Source: Macrostomum lignano (Eukaryota). Taken from it: a DNA stretch of 64,000 bases. Of this stretch, positions 1 to 16,600 are shown piece after piece (the first letter of the stretch is position 1; the number at the start of each line of letters is the position of its first letter). The translations under genes were made by a program, and so were the position numbers. The notes under the pieces were generated by a model, which made no database searches, had not been told where the DNA came from, and saw only the letters and a list, made by a program, of their open reading frames with translations. The DNA is taken from positions 1-64,000 of the forward strand of contig NIVC01001274.1 in the NCBI GenBank assembly GCA_002269645.1. The letters run 5' to 3'.

Positions 1-5103
<5,103 letters not shown>

Positions 5104-6914
5104 TGCGCAAGCAGCAGACAGACAATTTAATGCTGTGCAAGCAGTCAAAGTGTGCTCTCCTTTAAATAGACTGTTTTGAAAAGCATCTATTTATACGACC
5201 CGAACAAACCTTGGCCTCGCTGTTTTAGCCTCGAGTTTGTTATTTGTCAAGGGCTGAGGCTACGATATGAGCTATTTCACTGTGTACCTCACCCTGTGAA
5301 AGCCTCTGGGCTGCTATTGTGCGCCGACCGCCATTAAGTTTTTCTACCCATGGAGACCTGAAGAACAACAAAACAACACTGCAACTTTATAGTGAGTCAT
5401 CTTCTCTCTATCTCTCCATCTCTCTTGAGTGCTGAGAGTGTATCAACTCTCTGACTCTCTGTGCAAAGGTTATCTTTTATTACTCTTGTTAATCCAAAAT
5501 AAACTATTCTACAGCCAATTCTGTTTTTTGTTTTTAGCTCGTATGTCGCTAGATAAATAACCCAGCTCATGGCTACGGGCCAGATGAGGGAAGAAAGGAG
5601 AGAGAAGAGTGAAGAGGAGATGAGAGAGAAGACAAGAGGAGGGAGGAAAACTAAGGAGAGGAGATGAGAGGATAAATGAAACGACAGAAGATGAGACGAG
5701 AAAGGAGAGAAGAGAACTTGAGAAGAGACACAATCCTTGAGCAGGTCGGATTGCTATTGGAAAGTTTCAAAGGACCCGAGGTCCGGGTAGAAAGGCTTCG
5801 TAGGCCTGAGTTGGCCTACAGATAAAACCAGGTACTCTACGGGCCGATCGCTTCACAAAGGGCCGGTGTGCAAATGTGAACGTCTTATAAAACAATTTAA
5901 CAATATAGATCTTGTACGTTAAATCTTCAGTTCGTCTATTAATATTAGACTCTCCAAATCTGAAGTGGTGCAGAGAATGCAACTAAGAAACTCCAGTAGA
6001 GAATTCTGAGAGATTTTAGAGTGCGCATTCAGAGCTAGCTGAGTTCATGCGAACAAGCATTTTTCCAACAATTTCAAGCTTAGCCTGCTGAGAACTCGCC
6101 TGACTCAAGGGCGAGGTGAGTGATGGCTAATTTTGGACGGGCTAAAACCAATTGTTTAGGAGGGTGAAGTCGTGCCCTGACTACTCGGTTTCATTATTTT
6201 TATTTTTACATTCGTACGTTACTGTCGGTAGGCTTGGTAGGTTGATAGGTTGTATAGCTAAGGTAGTTAGGAACATGCTACATGTAGACCATGTGCATGT
6301 AGAAAAATAAGGAGTTGGTTGGTAAATAGGTAGGTGGGTATGTATATTAGTAGCTGTTGGTAAGCAGGTAGATGGGTCGGCAGCTTTCGCAAGTACATAT
6401 AGGTATGTTAGTTGGCTGGTATTTAGTAGATTTGTTAGGAGGGTAGGCAGTTAAGCAGATGATGAGGTAGTTATAGGAACGTAAGCGAATAAGTTAGACT
6501 GATATCCAAGTAGCGAACCTGCAGAGTCACTGAATTCTAAATATAGCTGATTTGCATTGCAACAACAAGAAGAGCGTCATAATGCTGCCAACGTTTCATA
6601 AAAATGAAAAAAATATTTAGGCGCATTCTTGGCTTCATTCGGGCTTTATTTATGACCAAAATATTTTTACAGACTTTCAACTCAGATAAACCATATTTGC
6701 TTGGCTTGAAATTCTGAAAATTCTAATTTTTAAATTTAAATTTAACAATTACAATGATATTTATGAAAATATGAGCGAAACGTTAATTGTTCATTCCGTA
6801 TTAGTAAAGAAATTACTTTTAGTTGACAACTTCTATCAAACACTAAAAAACATAAGTTTTTGGCTTGTTCGCCACTACGCTTTGAAACCCAGTCTCAAAC
6901 TCACCCTTGAACTC

Positions 6915-7142
6915 AATCATGAACTCACTCATGAACCCAATCATGAACTCACTCATGAACTCCCCCATGAACTCACTTATAAACTCACTCATGAACTCAT
7001 GAACTCATGAACTCACTCATGAACTCACTCATGAACTCATGAACTCATGAACTCACTCATGAACTCATGAACTCATGGACTCATGGACTCACTCATAAAC
7101 TCATGAACTCACTCATGGACTCACTCATGAACTCACTCATGA
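6915..7142 (+). repeat. CATGAACT(CACT) short tandem repeat
   Basis: Direct reading. Confidence 0.9.
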
Positions 7143-7207
7143 GTAACAATAACTAACACACATGCACTCATATGAATTCACAGATGATCACACTCACTCA
7201 ACCCCGC

Positions 7208-9011
7208 TCACACCCCCAATCCAGTCTCAGCCGTGTATTTCTCAGGCAAGCCTTCGGCAATCTCCACCACCAGCTCCTGACTGATCGGCAACCGACTCAC
7301 GCCGGCACTTTTCGCCGATCTCAACAAATCGAAGCAGCTGTCCAGCAGTCTGGAGCACAGCTTGTGAAGCTCGCTGATTTTGAACTCCAGGGCCTTCACA
7401 TACTGCAGGCAGTAGGCCGCGTCAAGTGCGGCCTTCTTGGTGGCCCACTGGTCTCGGATCTGAGCCGTCAGCTGGGGTGACAGTGGAAATTGGTCAGTAT
7501 CAGTGCCTGCGCTTCTGTCTGTCCCATTGTCAATCTGTCTCAGTGTCAATCTGTCCCAGTGTCAATCTGTCTCAGTGTCAATCTGTCTCAGTGTCAATCT
7601 GTCTCAGTGTCAATCTGTCTCAGTGTCAATCTGTCTCAGTGTCAATCTGTCTCAGTGTCAATCTGTCTCAGTGTCAATCTGTCTCAGTGTCAATCTGTCT
7701 CAGTGTCAATCTGTCTCAGTGCCAATCTGTCTCAGTGTCAATCTGTCTCAGTGTCAATCTATCTCAGTGTCAATCTGTCTCAGTGTCAATCTGTCTCAGT
7801 GTCAATCTGTCTCAGTGTCAATCTGTCTCAGTGTCAATCTGTCTCAGTGTCAATCTGTCTCAGTGTCAATCTGTCTCAGTGTCAATCTGTCTCAGTGTCA
7901 ATCTGTCTCAGTGTCAATCTGTCTCAGTGTCAATCTGTCTCAGTGTCAATCTGTCTCAGTGTCAATCTGTCTCAGTGTCAATCTGTCTCAGTGTCAATCT
8001 GTCTCAGTGTCAATCTGTCTCAGTGTCAATCTGTCTCAGTGTCAATCTGTCTCAGTGTCAATCTGTCTCAGTGTCAATCTGTCTCAGTGTCAATCTGTCT
8101 CAGTGTCAATCTGTCTCAGTGTCAATCTGTCTCAGTGTCAATCTGTCTCAGTGTCAATCTGTCTCAGTGTCAATCTGTCTCAGTGTCAATCTGTCTCAGT
8201 GTCAATCTGTCTCAGTGTCAATCTGTCTCAGTGCCAATCTGTCTCAGTGTCAATCTGTCTCAGTGCCAATCTGTCTCAGTGTCAATCTGTCTCAGTGTCA
8301 ATCTATCTCAGTGTCAATCTGTCTCAGTGTCAATCTGTCTCAGTGTCAATCTGTCTCAGTGTCAATCTGTCTCAGTGTCAATCTGTCTCAGTGTCAATCT
8401 GTCTCAGTGTCAATCTGTCTCAGTGTCAATCTGTCTCAGTGTCAATCTGTCTCAGTGTCAATCTGTCTCAGTGCCAATCTGTCTCAGTGTCAATCTGTCT
8501 CAGTGTCAATCTATCTCAGTGTCAATCTGTCTCAGTGTCAATCTGTCTCAGTGTCAATCTGTCTCAGTGTCAATCTGTCTCAGTGTCAATCTGTCTCAGT
8601 AACCCTTCATCCTGTTCCCCAGTCCCTCCAACTCACGGACTGGGCCTGACCACCGAACGAGTTCACCTGTCCCTCCAGCTGACCAGGCACATCGCCACGC
8701 CTTCTACGCAGTTCACGAAAAACTTCGGCAAACTTTTCCAGACCATCGCAAAGACACTGGAGCTTGTGAAACCTGGCCAGATGCGCCAAGGTGGGCTTGT
8801 ACACGGGCAGAAGCGATTTCTCCTTCTTGCTGCCACCAGATTTGGATTTGGCACTGGAGGAACTGCCCGAATCGACTGCCACGTTCGACTTGTCACGAAG
8901 CCGATTGAGAAAGTGCTTGTCAATGGCCTCGATAGCCAGTTCAAGATTGTCAGAGGCTGTCTGCAGCTGGTCGCGCTGCTGTGGTGACTGGTCGTTTGGC
9001 ATTGACTGCAT
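7208..9011 (-). CDS. Uncharacterised two-exon protein (about 210 aa, predicted helical)
   Basis: Exon 8637-9011 (MQSMPNDQ...GQAQS|GTGAGT) and exon 7208-7471 (CCCCAG|LTAQIRDQW...GLGV*) join in phase 0 across an intron filled with a 16-mer satellite. GC-rich and codon-like. No family recognised. An alternative internal donor GTGAGT lies at 7295-7300. Confidence 0.65.
7525..8600 (+). repeat. 16-bp minisatellite (TCAATCTGTCTCAGTG), about 67 units
   Basis: Highly homogeneous; source of three spurious SVNLSQCQ ORFs. Confidence 0.99.
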
Positions 9012-9247
9012 TGTCTGGGATCTGCTTGCAACACTAGTTAGTAGCTAACTCTGCCATTATATCTGTGTATGCAGAGCATGAAAGGCTTAAGACTCTTTAT
9101 ATTCCGACTCGGGGTGTTTCAATCGATTATAGCTTCCACTTGCTATTTTGCAAGCGAATCAATATTATAGTTACTATAGTGCACACCCAATGCATTGTAT
9201 TGTTTGTAGCAATTTTTTCTAACTATTTCCATTCAAGGACAACTAAT

Positions 9248-9402
9248 GCTGGCACCCATTTTACAGCTGGGTGAACTGAAGCAATGCAGAGTTTAAGTGT
9301 CTTGCTCAAGGACACAAACTGCTCCGTGTGGGATCGGGAATCGAACCCCCGACCTTAAAGTTGCGAGTCCGACACTTTTAACCATTATAGGCTACAACCC
9401 CC
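9248..9402 (-). mobile_element. tRNA-derived SINE with CORE-like domain (3'-truncated)
   Basis: Minus strand shows an A-box-like TAGCCTATAATGG and B-box GGTTCGATTCC, then TTGTGTCCTTGAGCAAGACACTTAAAC...CAGTTCACCCAGCTGTAAAATGGG, which resembles the CORE/MIR consensus. Confidence 0.8.
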
Positions 9403-10625
9403 TTGACATCCGCTTTAGCTGTTTAACTTTGTGCGTAAAGTTATTATAAGAGTATCATAGGGTTCTAAATCGATCGTACTGTATGCTAGTTGGTTTCATT
9501 TGGGTTCTGTTTCCAAGAAATTATACTCATATGTTTTAATTCATGCGTGTGGCAGTCTTGGATGTAGATCAACCAGTCTAGGCAATATTAAAAAAGTGGT
9601 ATGTTATAATATCAGTCTTTAAGTGTACTCATTTAATAATAAGATATAAGAAAAATGAGAACTGTATTTCTTTTACTATAGCAAATCGTCCAGGCTTGGC
9701 AGGCGTAGCTTTCTACCACCAGTACTCTACTAGCCTCATTCGCTAAGTATTTAAATATACCGGACTATAGTTACACTTCCGTCCGTACAAAGCCGGAAAA
9801 TAATCATATTTTAAATATTAAATATTAAATATTAAATATTAAATTTGAAACAATAAGATGCAACACTACAGCTCGTATATTGTAAGCTAAGGTACTGTAC
9901 ATTTAAAACAGAATAATTATTTTCTAGGGGGAATAAAATAAGAAATATCAACTCCAAATAACGAAAAGAACGACTATGAAAAAATTTTCTACGACGCATT
10001 AGCGGGATTAAAATATTAGGAAAGAAAACCAAATATTTATCAGTCTGTGATAACTGCTTTCATGCTTTTCAGAATTAGTAATAAAAAAACTGTGTAGTCA
10101 CGAAAAAACGACAAATATGCTTTAGAAAGTACAAATAGAGGTTAGCTTAGTTATAAATTTCAAAAGAAAAAATGGATGTATTTTAAATCTAGAATTTTTA
10201 GCTAACCGCACCACAATAACACTATTTTTAACTCGTGCTGTTGTACCAGCAAAGCATTTTTGGATAGAAACAGTCTTTTATGATATGACGTTTTTTAATG
10301 AGATGACTTTATATTAAACGATTGAATAACAATTAATTACTGCGAGCGTATTCACAAAAATCAGAAACTTTTGCTATCTATAAATATTTCGCTAATAGTA
10401 TAAAGTACAACAGCTAGAGATTAAAAATTTACTGACGAGCGCCAGAAATTGCTGTTTTTTTGTTAAAATGTCGAACATAAGTGTGTAGTTTTACAGCTTC
10501 CTGAAGTTTATAGTCTTCTTATACTTTTGTTTTAGTTTGCGCGCTTCAGTTTTTAATTGAGAATTTAAAATGATGTTTCAATTAAAGTTGACCTTAGCGT
10601 AGTCCGAAGAAAGTTAGCAATGTCG

Positions 10626-13600
10626 TCAGTCCTTTGCTAGCGGGTCCCTCTTGCCGCCGTATTCATTTAGCCACTTTCTATAACGCTTTTGGTCTCGAAA
10701 AGGTTTAAACCATTTAAAAGTGTAGAAACAGGTGCCGAAGGTTTTCAAATTATTACAACAACAGACACAGCACTGCTTTGCTTTGTTTGTTGAATTCATC
10801 TTGAATGAATACGACCTCTGGTGCGCGCATATGCAGCAGCTCAGGCAACCGAAAATGTACTTGCAGAATTTCCTTCGGAAATCCTCCAAATCATAAATTA
10901 TATTGATCTGCAAATGAATTAGAAACGGCAAATATGATACAATATAGCTTTGCAAAGATTCGGGATTTCGAAAGTCAATCCTTTATTTGAGACAAGTGTC
11001 AAAGCTAGCGTTCAATACATATACAAGCAAATTTTTTTCTGTTTAAAGTTTTGTTTCACAAATGCATCCGTGTTAACTTACTCGATAATGCTCCATCTTG
11101 AGGCTGGCCACTTTCGTTAGTTTATCAATGTCGCCAACAGCGATACCGACCTGGAAGTTATAAGAGAACTCAATGAGCTACGGGTAGGCGGTTGATAATC
11201 ATAAGCATAAGACTACTCACTACAGCATGAGACTATTCACTACAGCATGAGACCATTCACTACAGCATGAGACTGCTCACTACAGCATGAGAACACTCAC
11301 TACAGCAAGAGAATACTCACTAAAGCATGAGAATACTCACTACAGTATGAGAATACTCACTAAAGCAAGAGAATACTCACTACAGCATGAGAACACTCAC
11401 TACAGCATGAGAATGCTCACTACAGCATGAGAACACTCACTACAGTAAGAGAATACTCACTAAAGCATGAGACTACTCACTACAGCAAGACACTACTCAC
11501 TAAAGCATGAGACTACTCACTAAAGCATAAGACTACTCACTACAGCAAGAGAATACTCACTACAGCAAGAGACTACTCACTACAGCAAGATAGTACTCAC
11601 TATAGCATGAGACTACTCACTACAGCAAGAGACTACTCACTATAGCATGAGACTACTCACTACAGCAAGAGACTACTCACTATAGCATGAGACTACTCAC
11701 TACAGCAAGAGACTACTCACTACAGCATGAGACTACTTACCAGCATGTTGACTAGACAAATCGGCATAATAATGACAAATACAATAAAAAACAGCAGAAG
11801 GCCAACCCGCATTTCTGTCGAGAAACTATTAGTCTTTTTAAAGAAAACTTCGACGTAATCCAGCTCGCCTGCAGTCATATCGAATGTCTTTAACAGCGAT
11901 AAGAAGAAGTATTCAAACATATCCTAAAATGTTTTAATAAAAGGTATTGATTATCAAAACCACGCTAGTAATATAAAAAATGCTTCAATGAATCAAATAA
12001 AATGGATTTTTTTAGATACTCTAATACAGGTATTATTATACAAAATTAGCTATGGCGACATACGGTAGAGCCCATGCCGATGCAGAAGGCCAGGCTGAAG
12101 CCAACGAACAAGTAGAGATGCATTAGCAGCACCTTCAGCAGCGAGGTCACCACTCGTTGAAACATAGCCGGATAGATTCCCCAGACGGGAAAACTAAAAG
12201 CGCAATTACGATCGCATTTATGAGTAGTATTCAAAAATAAAAATCAATGTATTTGACAAAATCAACTGACTCACTATTCAAAGATGAACAAAAGTAGACT
12301 CCAGGCCATGGCTACGCTGAACATCCCGAAGGCAGAGTTGTAGGAATGCGAACAGGAGCCAATCGGTAGGATGAAAGCAATTGTTAACGCGTAAAGAGTT
12401 GCGTAAAGAAAATTCTTAGGATGAACAATTATTTTTCCAATCATAAAGCTGCAAAGTGCAGGGGTAAGTTGCAAAAAAGTACTCTTGAATCTTGCGCAAT
12501 AAACAGACAGTTTTTTTACCTTCAATAAAGTTTTGATAAAGCCGACAAACAACCGAATTCCTAATGTGATAGCTACAGGAAGGCGTGATTTAAACAGTTC
12601 TTTAGCGTTCTCCTGTTAATGATGGTGCCGTTTCAAATTAAATTAGAAAAATGTTATAAAATTTATGTTCTAAGTATGATCTGAAGACCAGTATATATTA
12701 CTGACTTACGAATCGGTAGAAGTTGTTTGTCCAACCAAAGCTGCTTTTGTTACTGTCGTTGAAGCAGATTGCCGTGGTAAAAGGCGTCGACGTCTTAGGA
12801 GGCATGTTCAAAACAACGAAGGCGGTTAGGCAGCAAAGAAACAGGAGATACAGCACAATATCCAAACTGAATATGAAGCCAGTTATTCCTCTGCAATTAG
12901 GAAGTGATTTGATAGGCTTTTCAAAGTCAGTTGTACACAACTTTCCCAGGTCCATTGGCATTTGTAAATCTAAATCGCAAAATTTGTGTTGCTGAATAAA
13001 GTTTGGATGGAGACTTCATCCTTTAACCTTTTAGAATTTTTTAACTCTTTAGATTGCAAAAAACCGGGTCGTGTCTGCACAAAAAATCTGGCAAAATATC
13101 TGCTTAACAAGCGAAATCAATTTTGAATCTGCGAAGCTGGGTTGAAAAAGTTAAACTAAACTAGATCGAACACGTAGAAGCAAAAATAACTGGCATAACA
13201 ACATAACAATACACGAAGGATGATAATAAAAAATAAATACTATGAATGAATACTATGATGATAAATAAACTTGCATTTTGCTTTCCAATAAAGATGTGGT
13301 AACCGGATGCTTCAGCAACTCAATGCGTTTATACTCTACTATTTTCAACAGAGCCTTGATGCGATGTTTGTGCGTTGGTGCCTCGTCAGGACCCGGATCC
13401 AGGTGGTCAAAGTTGTACTCAACCTGATTGAAAGAAAGGGAAATACTAGAATTTCAATTTAACTGGTTAAACTTTTGTGATGGTTACGAGCGTAATAGCT
13501 TTTTTAACTTACCAGGAAGTCAGCGTGTTCACTACTATGCTTCGTAACAGACCGGTTTAGAACCAGCTGGAAAGTGGCAACTTCAAGTCTCATTGGACTG

Positions 13601-16600
13601 GAACTGGAAAACACGCAACCTAGACAGAGGTCAAGTTTCTCGATCTCTCATGCCATTCTTCAACCATCATTGTCATTAGGCAGTGTGCTTGAACCGAAAC
13701 CTTCAGACATCCAGCATAGCGGTAGACGATCGATGAGAAAATTTCATTTTTCAAGCATTAGGAGTGAGGATTTAGAAGTTGAGGAGTAAGAAGAGGGGTG
13801 ACAACATTCCATATGATGGATGCGTAGAAGTCTTGAAGTTTAGAATTGGTTCTTTTTGTTAGAAGAGTTTGAAGCAAGCAGATTGTGGCATGAAAGGGAA
13901 ATTTGATGGATTTGATGAGTTTTTTATTTACTGTCACTGTCAGTAGTCTTTTGTTCGAAACCTATTAGTAAGAGTTTTACTGTAGACTACTAACTCTGAG
14001 ATCAATAAAGTCAAGTTCTTGACCAGAAACTAGTCCACAAAAACACTGAACGCACCATGGCAGCATCTGGCATGTGCTTAATGAAGTCCTTCATGTGACT
14101 GTAGCCGTCAGCCTTTCTGTAGGACATCGTGAAGTCAAAACTGTAAATGGTTTTCCAATTGAAAAGTTTTGATAGTGAAAAAATAAATGCATTTTAGAGG
14201 AATTTACTCAATATTTTAAATTTAACTCACTACTTCTCAGATAGAAAAATTGAATAGCCCGTTCATTTTGATTCATCAACGCCACGTCAAGTGGCGTTTC
14301 CTCGATGTCATTCTGCTGCAGCTTGGCGCCGTGCTCTAAGAGAAAGTCCAGACAGCTCACGGGGTCAGGGTGCTTGCAGGCATAGTGCAGAGCCGTGTTC
14401 TGGCGTGTGGAAAATGGCTTTAATGGTTTTAACAAAATTACAGGAAAGGCAGACAAACAGACAGATATACCAAGGCAGAAATCAAACTTGAAGCCAAGAC
14501 AGATAACAAGACAAAGACCAAAACAGAAAACAAGACAGCTAAACCAAATCCAAGACAGATACCATGACAAAGACAAAGACAGAAAACAAGACAGCTACAC
14601 CAAATCCAAGACAGATACCAAGACAAAGACCAAGACAGAAAACAAGACAGCTACACCAAATCCAAGACAGATACCAAGACAAAGACAAAGACAAAAAACA
14701 AGACAGCTACACCAAATCCAAGACAGATACCATGACAAAGACAAAGACAAAAAACAAGACAGCTACACCAAATCCAAGACAGATACCAAGACAAAGACCA
14801 AAACAGAAAACAAGACAGCTAAACCAAATCCAAGACAGATACCAAGACAAAGACAAAGACAAAAAAACAAGACAGCTACACCAAATCCAAGACAGATACC
14901 ATGACAAAGACAAAGACAAAAAACAAGACAGCTACACCAAATCCAAGACAGATACCATGACAAAGACCAAAATAGAAAACAAGACAGCTAAACCAAATCC
15001 AAGACAGATACCATGACAAAGACAAAGACAAAAAACAAGACAGCTACACCAAATCCAAGACAGATACCAAGACAAAGACCAAAACAGAAAACAAGACAGC
15101 TAAACCAAATCCAAGACAGATACCAAGACAGAAATCAAACTTGAAGCCAAGACAGAAGCAAAGACAGAAAAAACATACACATAGACAAAATTCACCTGGT
15201 TGACGTCAGTGGCATTGACATCCAAGCCTTTGTCGAGAATTTTTTTAGCAATGTCTCGATGCCCACCGCCAACACTGAGCATCAGAGCGTTGCGACCAAT
15301 GCTGTCTCTAAGCGACAAAGCATCATTAAGCATGTAAAAGCACTCTTGTGATACTTTATAAACTTTTCAAATGTACGAGTAGTTAAAATATATCCTTACT
15401 TGGCAGTAAAATCAGCTTTGTAAGCTAGAAGATGTTCGAATAGCATCGTGTGTTCCTGCTCCGCTGCAATCAAAAGGCAGGTCATGCCACTGATGTCCCG
15501 ATGCTCCATCGCCCGAATCTGGATCGACATGTTCTTCAACATTTCAAGGTAATCCAAGCTTTCTTTCACAAAGTCCGAGTGGCCCATTTTAACGGCCAAG
15601 TGCAATGGAGTCCTGCAGTCGTTGTCGATTGCCGTTAGTTTAGCGCCACAGTCGACTAGGTCTTTGAAGATCTGTGCCAAATTAAACGGATAAGCAAGAA
15701 TTAGTTTGATTTCTTAGTTTCAGATAATACACATTCTTCAAAATTTGAAAACAACTTCTGAAAGCGACCATTGCTATTGGATATTGACAACAATGTGGGA
15801 ACTGCTTGACACTCGGGTGTCTCGCTAAAGACTTCTAGACTAAGGGGTTGGCAAACTGTGGAAGTAAAACAGCTTTCCAACCCCTGGTCTGGACCTAAGA
15901 AACAAGACAGCTTGAGATTTTTTTGCCCGCAAGAAAACGAAAATATGCCTAGTTGCAATCGAATTCGTCCAAATTGTAAAACATTTCGCTCTGTTTTCAA
16001 ATAAATTAGGCTGGGACGAAAAGTTTTGCAATCGATCTAACTTCAGCTCCCATTAAGTAGGTACATGTATTAGTGAACGAAAGCTTTTGCAGTTTGTGAA
16101 GTTCAACGTTTGCCTCCTCTTGGTCGTGGCATCCACCCGCCTAAGACAGGGGTAGTAGCGCTCACAGAGACTGAGAGGCACCCACCTTAGAGACAGGGAC
16201 GCCCATAAAGAGACAGGGACGCCCACCAAGAGACAGGGGGCCACCAAGAGACAGGGGTGCCCACCAAGAGACAGGGGGCCACCAAGAGACAGGGGGTGCC
16301 CACCAAGAGACAGGGGGCCACCAAGAGACAGGGGGCCACCAAGAGACAGGGGGCCACCAAGAGACAGGGGTGCCCACCAAGAGACAGGGGGCCACCAAGA
16401 GACAGGGGGCGCCAACAAAGAAACCGGTGCGCCTAACAAGAGACAGGGAAGCGCCACCAAAATTTAGAGGCCCATCGATGAGACAGGGGCGCCCACCAAG
16501 GACTGTTGGTGGATGGCAATAACAAATCTGCATGTACATGACAAAAATTTTAAACAGTTGCCTGCTCACATTTAAGTTACCAGCTTCTGAGGCGTAGTGC

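Noticed and set aside
7426-8987. Three long Cys-rich SVNLSQCQ ORFs
   Set aside because: Stop-free frames of a 16-bp satellite, antisense to a spliced gene.
10420-10625. Possible extra TRPA C-terminal exons after the stop at 10626
   Set aside because: They would need an additional frameshift and the phases did not join consistently; unsupported without cDNA.
14395-15016. K/T/Q-rich repeat ORFs
   Set aside because: Products of the 56-bp intronic minisatellite.
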